From positions 1 through 56,575 of the forward strand of contig JAQGDQ010001190.1 in the NCBI GenBank assembly GCA_030141605.1: 56,575 bases of DNA. The letters are read 5' to 3'. Positions within the stretch are counted from its first letter, which is position 1. The number at the start of each line of letters is the position of its first letter. The notes beneath the pieces were generated by a model. It had not been told where the DNA came from. It worked only from the letters and a program-made list of their open reading frames with translations, and did no database searches. Made by a program: the position numbers and the translations under genes. Positions 12,666 through 23,954 of this stretch are shown here, in pieces. Source of the DNA: Tubiluchus corallicola. Its lineage: Eukaryota > Animalia > Priapulida.

Positions 12666-12735
12666 ACCCATTCAGCAAGTGGATTAAACACATAAGTTTC
12701 AGACGTTGTGTGAAGCTCTGTCTATAAGAACAAAA

Positions 12736-13065
12736 ATGAACAGTAAGACGTTGATTGTTTGTTTGCTTGTCGCCATATTGTTAGATGGTGCGTGTGCGGA
12801 TGGGAGGGGGGTGACTGGTAAGTGGATTTTTCACGTTTTATACTTTTTCACTGTTCAGCTCTGTTAAATGCTTTATTGTGATCATAGCAAAGGTCTAATT
12901 GCAGATATCAGAAAAAATTGGTACTTTAGAAACATTGAATTAAAATTTTGAGGTCTCTCACACACCCACTCTCTCTGTATCTTTCACTCTCTCTCTCTCA
13001 CTTTCTCTCTCTCTCTCTCCCTCTTTCTCTCACTCCTCTCTCTCTCTCGCACTCTTTCCATCTCG

Positions 13066-13116
<51 letters not shown>

Positions 13117-16100
13117 TCTCTCTCTCCTCTTTCTCTATCTCTCTCTCACTCACTCACTCACGCTCTCTCCCCTCTCTGTCTCAGTCTCTCTCACTTACTC
13201 ACTCAATTAGTAAATGTCTAATTGCAGATATCAGAAAAAATCGGTACTTTAAAAACATTGAATTTAAAATTTTGAGGTCACGCACACACACACACACGCA
13301 TGCACGCGCACACACACACACAAACACACACACACACACACGCATGCACGCGCACACACACACACAAACACACACACACACACACGCATGCACGCGCACA
13401 CACACACACAAACACACACACGCACACACACACACAAACACACACACAGGTTATTGCGCAGGTTGGATGACTCAGTAAAGTGCTCACATTTTCTAACTTT
13501 TTAGTTTTGAAGTTTTCTGATAATGACTTATACCATCGTGTGTATTAAGGACTGTGATTATAATAATATTTTTGGAGATTGATTAATACTAGTGTGAATA
13601 TTCGCGGAAAACCATATTTGTGAAAATATTGTTAACATACGTTGGGCCAAGAACTTGTTTGACAGGTTGGTCTTGGAAATTTAAAGCATTATTGACTGGT
13701 AATCACCTACGTATTGTCATGACAATTGGGTGATTAAGCAGCACTATGGCTCCATCCACGTGTCAGTTATGCAGGAGGAAATACCCGGATGCTATACCAC
13801 GTACAGAGTTTGGGCAGCTTACTATCTGTACAAAGTGCTGTACGTCCAGGAAAGCAGCTCTAGACGATAGTGACTCTATACACGAATTATCATCATCCCA
13901 AGGAGGATTGGTCAATTGGCACGCAACTCCTAACATCAGATCCCGTCAGATTAATGCCGAGAAGCTGGTGCTCATACACAGCGAATTAAATTATTTTGCC
14001 CAAAATCAGCTTGAAGCTGGTGCGACTTATTTAGATCTTGCAACTATCATCCATGACCATTACACTGATGAAGAATGTGAAGATGCAAAAGCATTACTCT
14101 TAGACTTTATTCCTGCAGAAGCCACCGAAAAGCCTGACTTCACTAAGAACAGGATCGGTCCCACGAAGAGAAGGGCAAATGCAATGGATATTCTTAAGCT
14201 TTTGCAATATGGGCCAATTATGGACGCAGTACCGTCACCTAGGTTTGTGTCAGCATACTCCCGTAAAATGCCACCAATGACGCTGAAATCAGTTGATACA
14301 TCTGTCATTGTTAAGAAATTGCAAACGGTTCAGCAGGAACTCCAAGAACTGAAAGAAAACTCAGCTTCTAGGGCTGAGCTTGATGCTCTGCTAGAAAGGA
14401 CACCTATCTAAAGCTGTGCCTCCCGTGTCTACAAAAACAGACTCATCACAAAAGAAAAGTTACTCTGAAACAACCAGAAGCTACCAAGAGAACACTGAAC
14501 TTACAAACGTGAGCAAGCAGCAAACGAGCGGCAAGATTGTTGATGACGACAATGACGGATTCACGATTGTGGAAAAACGGCGGCGCCCACGTAATGTGAA
14601 TAATAGAGAACCCAAGAAAGTCATCACAGGATCTGCTACTGGCCTTGGAGTATTCCTAAGACCGAGCAAACCTCTACGACGAATATTCATTACCCGTCTA
14701 GATCCTAGTACCGACGCAACGGAGGTTCAGCGTTTTGTAGATGAATCGTGCAACATTACTGTTAGTGTGGAACAACTTAAGACAAAATTTAATACATACT
14801 CCTCATTTGTTATAAGCTGTCATGGTTCGGACGAGTATGATAAAATTATGAACGCAGAGTTATGGCCAGTTGGCACGCTGATGAAACCATACTATACTTC
14901 TAGAGCTGCAAAAGTGATTGTGAATCAGCCTATAACGCAGAAAGCAAAGGCATTATCAAACGACGGCTATAGACCAGTAGGAAATAGAGAAGCAGGGAAT
15001 GATACACTTAATCAGCAAACGGAATGTAGCGGCGCCACCAGCAGCACCACTAATCATACTGATAATAATGAACTGCAACCAAACACAAATACAGACTCTG
15101 AAGGTAACGAGCTATAACTGCAATTGAGTGTTGCACCCTGAGTCTCAATACGTACTACAGGAACTGTGCAAATCTAGTGATGTGCTACTTTTGCAAGAAA
15201 CGATGTTGCCTAAACAAGAGCTAGAACACCTATCTTGCATTCACCCAGAATTCTATGGCCATGGAGTTTCACCAACCGATTTCTCTACAGGAATACCAGA
15301 TGGTAGACCACAAGGACGCTTGGCTATCTTATGGCGAAAAACTCTTCCTGTTACCAGTAAAATACTTACCTATGATGACGAGTGCAGAGTAATGGGTATT
15401 TCTCTTTCATTTCCTGATAAGTTAATGCCACTTGTATTAATTAATGTTTACTTTCCCTATGAAGCTGATAATAATTTTGATGAATTTAGGCATTGTCTAG
15501 GCACTCTCATCTCTACCATTGAAACTACAGAGTCTAGCTATATTTGTTGTGTCGGGGATTTCAGTTCTGTTATTTTATTTATTTATGTATTAATTTGTAT
15601 GTGTTGAGAGGAGGGGTTATTATTATTGTATGTCTTGTAACTATTGTATGTTATGTATTCTATGAACCTAGTTCGAAATAAAGAGTTAAATCAAATCAAA
15701 TCTCCGTCTCTCTCTCTCCGTGTCTCCACTGTTCTATTTTATATATTCAACTTCTATTTTAAAAATCTCAGTGCTGCACTTACTAACTCTGGTGTGGGTT
15801 GTCATATTGCTGAAGCCTGCATTAATAATAATCACTTGATGAACGCTGATGACATCTCCCTCTTTTAGGGAAATAAACCTTCAAGCGCGAGTATTGAACC
15901 TGATGACCACCTTAACGATTTGGTAGTTAATTACGCACTGTGATTATGCACTCCAAGTTTAGGTCAACACAGCTTTGACTGGCTAAGCACATGACCACTC
16001 AGTCATTCACTTTGCCTTTCGTGTTGAGGAGAAACATATCACTTCAAAAGTGTAATAGAATTAGGAAACGTAATTAAATTAGAATGTAATACCTGAAGTG

Positions 16101-17736
16101 CTTTGATTTTTCGAAACAAAAGTGTCCACATCTGTTAACACTAATAACGTTGAATGCTAGTCAAAATGATTGTCCTGTTAATTCACGCAACCAACATGGC
16201 TGACAAATTTGACTTTATTACTGTCTGTTATGGCTCACTAATCTCTCAGCACCCACACACTCATTGTTCACAAACTCAGCACCAACTGCTTCAGTGCTCA
16301 CAAACTCAGCATCCATTGCCTTGGTGTCCACAAACTCTGCAAACATTGCCTTGGTGCTCACAAAGTCAGCAGCACCCACTGCCTCAGTGCTCACAAAGTC
16401 AGAACCCACTTTTTCCGTGCCTATAAACTCAGCACCCACTGCTTCTGTGCTCACAAACGCAGTATCCACTGCTTTGCACTCTCTGCTTTGGTTTTTAAAA
16501 GAAGGGTAGTAGAAGGTGGGTAATTTTAGGTACAGCATCTAATGATCAGGCAAAATCACATTGGAACGAATAAGGCTAAACGTAAATTATGCAGCCATTA
16601 TAAATTAGTGCCAACAAATAATCAGTTAAAGCAAATAATTATTGTAATAATTATATGTTTTGTATAATTAAGCTTCCGGTGGATCTTTTACACGTTCTCC
16701 GCCAAGCAACCGCCAACGGAGAGCATCGTACGCAGCAGGTAAGCACAACTTATTATAATTCCGTTTATCTGAAAGCATGTACACACAGCAGAAATGTTGC
16801 CATTGTTAAAAACATACTGCTAATCTGCCTGTTTGTTTAGACACATGTTGCCTGTTTGTTTAGACACATGTTTCCTGTTTGTTTAGACACATGTTTCCTG
16901 TTTGCTTAGACACATGTTGCCTGTTTGTTTAGACACATGTTTCCTGTTTACTTAGACACATGTTACCTGTTTGCTTAGACACATGTTGCCTGTTTGCTTA
17001 GACACATGTTGCCTGTTTACTTAGACACATGTTACCTGTTTGCTTAGACACATGTTGCCTGTTTACTTAGACACATGTTACCTGTTTGCTTAGACACATG
17101 TTGCCTGTTTGCTTAGACACATGTTGCCTGTTTACTTAGACACATGTTACCTGTTTGCTTAGACACATGTTGTCTGTTTGTTTAGACACATGTTGTCTGT
17201 TGTGTTTTAGCACCCATTGTCTCCTCTGCCTTGGTGTCCACTAACTCAGTATCTTCTGTCTTGGTGCCCGCTAACTCAGCATCCTCTGCCTCGGTGCCCA
17301 CAAGTTCAGCATCCTCGGCCTTGGTGCTCACAAACTCAGCATCCTCTGCCTTGGTGCCCACTAACTAAGCATCCTCTGCCTTGGTGCCCACTAACTCAGC
17401 ATCCTCTGCCTTGGTGCCCACTAACTCAGCATCCTCTGCCTTGGTGTCCACTAACTCAGCATCCTCTGCCTTGGTGCCCACAAACCTAGCATCTTCTGCC
17501 TTTGTGCCCACTGACTCAGCATCCCCTGCCTTGGTGTCCACAAACCTAGCATCTTCTGCCTTGGTGCCCACAAACTCAGCATCCCCTGCCTTGGTGTCCA
17601 CAAACACAACACCTAAAGAACTACAAACGTCAGTGCATCTCATGTAAAATAAATTTTTGGCTTTGCAGATGAAGACGCCAGCGGATATGTTGCCGACATA
17701 AGTTACGAAGGGGACGCAACTGAAAGAAGACGCTAG
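12736..17736 (+). CDS. Small secreted peptide precursor, copy B (3 exons: 12736-12817, 16673-16738, 17669-17736; 71 aa [71 protein letters not shown])
   Basis: Splice sites are homologous to copy A, with frame-preserving differences of +9, -12 and +3 nt. A-C-A signal peptidase-type site, RQRR furin-type site, TAG at 17734-17736. Confidence 0.82.
12950..13448. repeat. (CT)n and (CA)n microsatellites with a short internal duplication
   Basis: Directly visible; the ctaattgcagatatcagaaaaaa segment occurs at ~12895 and ~13218. Confidence 0.9.
13746..15117 (+). pseudogene. LINE ORF1 with one frameshift near 14400-14416
   Basis: N-terminal CxxC..CxxC, a coiled-coil-like stretch, [11 protein letters not shown], and an RRM-like block [24 protein letters not shown] typical of invertebrate LINE ORF1. 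Confidence 0.8.
15068..15565 (+). pseudogene. LINE ORF2 apurinic endonuclease fragment (in-frame TGA at 15125-15127)
   Basis: Motifs [32 protein letters not shown] and GDF. Confidence 0.85.
15720..15866 (+). mobile_element. Short reverse-transcriptase core fragment
   Basis: [35 protein letters not shown] resembles the LINE RT region ending in YADD. Confidence 0.65.
16827..17200. repeat. 23-bp tandem repeat (~16 units, tgtttgcttagacacatgttgcc)
   Basis: Directly visible; single-copy at ~3285-3308 in gene A. Confidence 0.95.
17222..17606. repeat. 30-bp minisatellite (~13 units) in intron 2 of gene B
   Basis: Same unit as 3326-4272. Confidence 0.95.
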
Positions 17737-17981
17737 GTGGGCCATCTAGCGGCATTTTGGTTTATTATTTCTTCAATACGCTTAACTTGACCACTGAGAA
17801 TGGTGTTAACCAAACTTTTGCAGATCAAGCAGCACTATTAAATATAGACAGACCAAGTCATGAATAATTTGCTTTTAGATATCCATAAAAATACAATCTT
17901 TTTAAATGCTAACTAAAAAATTCTTACTTAGAACAGTAACAGAGTCGAATGTATATGTAGCCAGATATAACAATTTGTAAT

Positions 17982-17987
17982 AATAAA
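17982..17987 (+). terminator. Polyadenylation signal AATAAA of peptide gene B
   Basis: Homologous position to copy A. Confidence 0.6.
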
Positions 17988-18124
17988 TCATTTTGATTTG
18001 GTCGTTTAATTGACTTTTTTCTTCTGTGTTTAGAAGTCGATTGTCTCTTTAATTTTTATTCATTTTAGTGCCTGCGTGTACGTATGTGCACGTGTGTGTG
18101 TGCGTGTGTGTGTGTGCGCATGCA

Positions 18125-18173
<49 letters not shown>

Positions 18174-19332
18174 ATGCATGTGTGTGTGCATGGGCGTGTG
18201 TGTGTGTGCATGTATGCATGTGTGTGTGTGTGTGCATGTGTGTGTGTGTGTGCATGCGTGTGTGTGTGCGTGTGATTGTGTGTGCGCATGCATGTGTGTG
18301 TGTGTGGAAGACACGCAAGCATGTGTGTGTGGTCTTCAAATAAATGTGCGTGTGTGGTCTTCAATTAATTAGCCGTTAGTCAAATTGTTGAAAGCATTAG
18401 ATTCCTCACAGAAAGCACAGGTCCTGGGTTCAAATGTTGATAGACGCGCAATTTTTCATCACCAACTCTAATTCACCCACACCACACTACTAGCGCACCA
18501 GTACACCACACAAAACCATCCGCACCACATCCACTACACCATACCAACACCATGCCGTATACACCATTCTACCCACACCATGGCACACCGACACCACCAA
18601 CACTACATGAGCCGCACCACACTACTAGCACACCAGAACACCACACAAAACCATCCACACTACAACATACCAACACCATGCCGCATACACCATTCCACCC
18701 ACACCATACTAACACTACATGACCCGCACCACACTACTAGTGCACCAGTACACAACACAAAACCATCCGCACCACATCCACTACACCATACCAACACCAC
18801 GCTGCATACACCATTCTACCCACACTGCACCACACCAACATCACCAACACTACATCACCCGCACCACACTATACTGTACAGCATCACATTAAATCAATGG
18901 TGATGACAATGGCGACTACGATGGCAGCATGAACAGCAACAACAACAATAACAACCTTCAATGAATTTTCCATGTTTGATAACCTGCGAATTGCATTTCA
19001 TGACAGCAAAATTTGAAATTGCCACTTTTCACATGTTACCCATGGGATCAATCAGTTCAAGTGAGCGTTGGACATCAAATTTTCTCCTAACTTAAATTTT
19101 AAAAAAATTCGGGTTTCATGCTGTATTTAGTCCATTTTCTCATTTTGATCTCACTTTGTTTTTTCAAGCTTCCCAAAATTTTCAAACTGCACGTGCATAT
19201 CTACTTCATTGAATTGAAAAATAAACCTTAAATATTACCATGTGAACCTGATATTGTTTGTTTGGTAGATAATTTTCCTCGAAAGATGTATAGTTGCATA
19301 AATACACCTGGGTAATCACTACTATTGTTGCA

Positions 19333-19363
<31 letters not shown>

Positions 19364-20348
19364 GTTATTATTATTATTATTATTATTATTGTTATTGTTG
19401 TTGTTGTTGTTGTTGTTATTATTATTAATATTATTATTATTATTATTTATTTTAAAAAACTATGTACAAGATACATTCCCTCTATTTGTAGGGATACGTT
19501 TAAAATTTCTAAAAGCATTTACAACGTATTAAATCTATTCACGTATATATATATATAATTTAGAATCCAACGCATGAGACACATTGAACGACAAACATCA
19601 TATACAATAGACATAGTTACAAATTATAATCCAACACTACATACATTACATACTAAAAGATAACGAACATATTTTAATACATAGTAACGAAAATTTACAC
19701 ACATTATCCACAATAAAAAAAGGCGAGTACAATTATAATAAACATAATTACCAATTCTAATGTAAATTCACATAATCATAAATAAAAACAAAACAGCATA
19801 TAAAAAACACGACGAGAGTTGTAAAATTTCATCACCAACAGACTGTTTATATACGGGCGAAAGACGTTAGGAATTCAACCGAGATAAGATTTTCAAAAGC
19901 ATTTATAGCATTATTATCCCGGCTAGAGAAAACATAGTTCGAATCTAACGTAGGCAGACTGCTAATAAAATCTTTTCTTTTAGCTTGGTTTACTAATGAC
20001 TGAGGGCTTAATAAGCAGTTACATGTGCATTGCATTAATAATGACAATCAAAAATGTCCAGTATTTGTATTGATATTGTTATGAGCTTTTTATAATCATT
20101 GTTTCCAGAGTAAAAGAAAAGTAATAATAAATTACCAAATTCTAAATGGTAAAGACTTAAACAGGCAACAATGCTGTGACAATGTCAGTCGTGAAAACAA
20201 TGGAGCAAAATGATAAATGTGAATGGAACAGACGTGTTTGCAACTGTGTGAAAATTTTATGTATGACTTTTAACCACAGCCAAGAAATTTGTTAATGGAT
20301 ATGCTGTAGTCGGCAATGAGGGGACAGCATACCTTGATATAGTGGGAG

Positions 20349-22700
20349 ATGGAATACAAATTATTTAAAGTGCTGTTCTTACTTTTTGCAATTATGAGAA
20401 TCGGCTTAGGCAAATACATAGATGGGCACATCACAGGAGGCAACAGACCTTCAGGTGGATGCGCTGCGAATTATGCATCCAACAAGCCTTGGCGTCATTA
20501 TCGGTACGAAATTACAGTTTCGGAAACATTCTTTAAGAAAGGAAAAAGAATTGGTCTAAGTATTCCCAACTTTTTTCACCATAAATCACTTTATTTTGGA
20601 ATTGCTCACCTGTATGAAACAATAAATGAGCGCACTGAAAAATCTCTGTTTACGACCGGATATAACAAACTATTTCCGGGTACATCAACTACATCAACAG
20701 GTCCTTATTTAGAGTACGCCGCTGATAAAAAAATTGATACTTATCTGTTTAAAACGAAACGCGGTGAGCTTCAACACGAGAAACCCAAAATTCTATTGAA
20801 GTTTAGATGCGTAGCTTGCTTCAAAGGCGCAGGCCCTTGGGGACGCTCAGAATGTGACCACAAAGTGTCCAAGCATCCTCGCAACTACCATGAAGTTACA
20901 CTTACCATTGTAATAGTGCCTAGCGATCGATATGCTCCTCAAATCCACTTCTCCACCAACATGCTTCTTCCCGAAGACACTCAAATTGGCTCACAATTGT
21001 GGGAATTTCATGCTGAAGACTTTGACCGATTTAAATATGTAAGGGATTTTAAGATGTGCCTGGGTTCACTTGTGAACCACGGTGGCAGTTTTAACTGCAC
21101 CGGACAGGAATATTTTCAAGGTAACACTATAGAAATGGGTTTCAATTCTTATCAATCAACAAAGAAACTTGACTTTTGTGTTTATCTGAATAAGAAAGTA
21201 CACTACAAGACCACAAAGACTCTGGTGGTAAATCTCTGGTTGATACCCAATACTAAGTTCAATGCACCACCGATTGGGAATGCTGCTCCAGCTAAAAGAC
21301 AGCCTATAAAATATAGTATTAATTTGCCTATAGAGAATAAAAATAACGAAAATCCTGAATTTTCTCACTATCTGTATCAGGTCAGAGTGTATAAAGAAAA
21401 TTTTAGCGCAACACTGAAAGTTGAACCAGCAAAGATCGATGCAAATGACAAAGATGGACTAGGAAATGTTGTGTTTTTCTCTTTTCCGTACCCAAGCCAA
21501 ATAGAAAACAAATTTAAAATAGATGAAGCAAATGGTGAAATTACTATTGTTGAAAATCTTACTCCATCAGTTATTTACCACACTCTTGTTCAAGCAACAG
21601 AACGTGATGATGCTGAACATTATGACAGAGCACTCTTATCTGTTGAAATCAGACAAAATTCTGTAAAGTTCAAAAAAGAAAGTTTTTCAGTCGATGTGCT
21701 TGATCACGAACGTGTTGACACAATCATATTATTGGTGCCTGCTCTTATTGGTAATTCAGAAATGCACCTCTCCTATACATTAAAGACTAAGCAGGATGTG
21801 GCGGTAAATGACTTTAGTTTAATCGTAAATAAACTGCAAAATGCAAGTACATCTATCTTGGGTCTGGTTATAGCTTCAAAGCTAAATGAAGGTATTAAGG
21901 ATCACTACGAACTTGTTGTAAAGGTTCACAATACTGAAACAAAAAGGCAAGCAGGAACTGTTGATGTTACTGTTGATGTGAGAAATGCGGCAGTAAAAAG
22001 TCCCAAGTTTGTTCAAAATGCCTTCGTGTTTAGCAGTACAGGAGTTGCTAAATCATTTGTTGGTCAAGTTCAGGCAAAGTTTGAAACTCACAATAATGCG
22101 GAGATATTATACTCAATTCTAAGCTACAAAGATGTCGTCCAAATGAACTCCGAAGGAAAGATCTCCCTGATTGGAGGTGTAAAAGGAAAAATGATGATTG
22201 GCTTGAGTGCTTGCATCGCAGGAACAAATAGCACAATCCGATGTGGTTATGCTGTAGCAATAATTACAACACCGACTGATGGTAAGACAGGATGGACTGA
22301 TCCTGAACTGCTACTGTCTAGTGTTTCTTCTGGATTCGTACTAATGACTCTAGATATTGCGGTATTGTTTGGACTCATAGTTGCCCTATTGGTTTGTCTG
22401 ATCAGAAAGGCTAACATTAGCACTAGTTCTGGTTATGAGACAAAAAGGGAAGGTGTAACAAAAGACGCTTCTGCCCAAGGTGACAAAGCGGAAAAGGATG
22501 CTGAAATAATTGTTGCTTCGATTGAAGGAGAAGAAATAGAAGAGTTTGCTGATACTGGTCTTGCTTCAAATGAAAATGATGTGATAAAAAGATATGAAAA
22601 AGAAGACGGTGTTGAAAAAGAAGATGCAGAAAAGCATATGGATATTGTAGTTACTTCTGTAGAAGCAAATGAAACAGCAAACCGTGCTGAAACAAATTGA
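20349..22700 (+). CDS. Intronless cadherin-repeat type I membrane protein (783 aa; the frame stays open past TGA to 22871)
   Basis: Signal peptide and ~4-5 degenerate cadherin repeats (SDRYAPQ, LPED, AEDFD, NKNNENPEF, ANDKD, FKIDEANGEI, KSPKF). TM segment DIAVLFGLIVALLVCLI followed by RK, then an acidic tail. Confidence 0.85.
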   Translation: MEYKLFKVLFLLFAIMRIGLGKYIDGHITGGNRPSGGCAANYASNKPWRHYRYEITVSETFFKKGKRIGLSIPNFFHHKSLYFGIAHLYETINERTEKSLFTTGYNKLFPGTSTTSTGPYLEYAADKKIDTYLFKTKRGELQHEKPKILLKFRCVACFKGAGPWGRSECDHKVSKHPRNYHEVTLTIVIVPSDRYAPQIHFSTNMLLPEDTQIGSQLWEFHAEDFDRFKYVRDFKMCLGSLVNHGGSFNCTGQEYFQGNTIEMGFNSYQSTKKLDFCVYLNKKVHYKTTKTLVVNLWLIPNTKFNAPPIGNAAPAKRQPIKYSINLPIENKNNENPEFSHYLYQVRVYKENFSATLKVEPAKIDANDKDGLGNVVFFSFPYPSQIENKFKIDEANGEITIVENLTPSVIYHTLVQATERDDAEHYDRALLSVEIRQNSVKFKKESFSVDVLDHERVDTIILLVPALIGNSEMHLSYTLKTKQDVAVNDFSLIVNKLQNASTSILGLVIASKLNEGIKDHYELVVKVHNTETKRQAGTVDVTVDVRNAAVKSPKFVQNAFVFSSTGVAKSFVGQVQAKFETHNNAEILYSILSYKDVVQMNSEGKISLIGGVKGKMMIGLSACIAGTNSTIRCGYAVAIITTPTDGKTGWTDPELLLSSVSSGFVLMTLDIAVLFGLIVALLVCLIRKANISTSSGYETKREGVTKDASAQGDKAEKDAEIIVASIEGEEIEEFADTGLASNENDVIKRYEKEDGVEKEDAEKHMDIVVTSVEANETANRAETN

Positions 22701-23040
22701 TTCAATAAAAAGAGGAAAAGAGGTAAGGCAGAAGAGCGTGCAGATATTGAAGTTAATTCTATAGAAGGAGGAGAGTTCAAGGATCATTGTGCAGGAGCTA
22801 TTTCGGCAGAGGAACTTGAGATTGATATGGCAGCTGGTCTTGTTGGAGGAACAAATGAGATGTCATTGTAAACATAAGTTAATGGAACAGCACAAATTTA
22901 TTTTACAGTCTTGCTTTATGTTTATCAATTGTTTGAAACACGCTTTAATTGTTCTTCAGATTATTGCTTTTTTTAAGAAAAATTTTACAAAATAATTTTG
23001 CATTAAAAATACATTTTGCTGAATTGAGTTTGTGTGTAAA

Positions 23041-23551
23041 TTGTTGTTGTTGGCATCCTTCTGTCTCGGAATAGAATGGAGTGTGCGCCAAGAGAGACAG
23101 TTATTTATCACATTGATGGAGCTGCAGCGTCGACTGTGGCTGAGCAATCCGATCCTTGAACCACTGGAGTGGCCTCTCCAGGGCGCACGCCTGGGGAAGG
23201 TGTATGGAGATCCTGAGTTGCCCAGACAACGGGAACCCCCTCTCTTCCTCCCTGGTGTAGTCCAAAAGAAAGCTGAGTGATACGTTTGGCACCGGGTTGG
23301 CTGCAGGAGCTGCCGGAGTCAGTGAGCATGCTGCACTGATCCGCCTTCGGGGCTCCACTCCTGATTTGGAAAGTTTACTCCTCTATACATGGCAGTTGTG
23401 TCACTTGACCTCCTCCGCCCTCTAACCGTTGGCTGTTTGTACAGCTCCTCCACCTAGTGTCGATATACAGTGTGGGCATCCCGCAAGCCAGCAGCACCTG
23501 GTATTCCTAGGCAGTCACCCATCCAAGCACTAACCAGGCTCTACGTTGCTA
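23041..23551 (-). mobile_element. 5S rRNA-derived SINE (SINE3-type) with (CAA)n tail
   Basis: Minus strand 23551-23485 reads gcctggttagtgcttggatgggtgactgcctaggaataccaggtgctg, similar to the 3' half of 5S rRNA. It is followed by a GC-rich body and ccaacaacaacaa. Confidence 0.75.
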
Positions 23552-23954
23552 AAATAAGTTCCCATCCAAAAACTTAAACATCCATCATATTGTTACCATC
23601 GTTCAAATGTTTTTAACACAAGAACAGCTTTCTGTCTAATAAGAAACTGCATGAAATAAAATAATTTTATTATGTATTACCTTTGCCCATATCTACTATC
23701 ATAAAATCGCGACATGTTTAGTCACCAGTGACTAAATGACTAAATCGCCTACGACTAAACCATCTATTCTGACATCGTACGTGTATGTTGATTGAATGTG
23801 AAAAGGCATTTCAATGGAAGACAACTGCAGCCTGAAAAAGTTTCACACTGCACTAAAACTCGTCGTTGTCATTACAGACTTCAACTACTTGGAAAATTTA
23901 GCGAGCTCAAAAAATCACCTTTTTGATACTTATAACACGGTTCTCATACACTTG

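Larger units (their letters stand above)
13449..15702 (+). mobile_element. Internally deleted LINE (CR1/L2-group-like): 5' UTR, ORF1, N-terminal APE part of ORF2, then 3' UTR with AATAAA and (AATCA)n tail; inserted in intron 1 of gene B
   Basis: Absent from gene A intron 1. ORF1 and APE motifs are present, and the element ends in aataaagagttaaatcaaatcaaatc. Confidence 0.8.
12655..19200 (+). repeat. Segmental duplication unit B
   Basis: Colinear with 1930-5720, plus a LINE insertion and a 23-bp array. Confidence 0.9.

Noticed and set aside
23485-23551. Functional 5S rRNA gene
   Set aside because: Only the 3' half is present, it is diverged, and it is fused to a SINE-like body.
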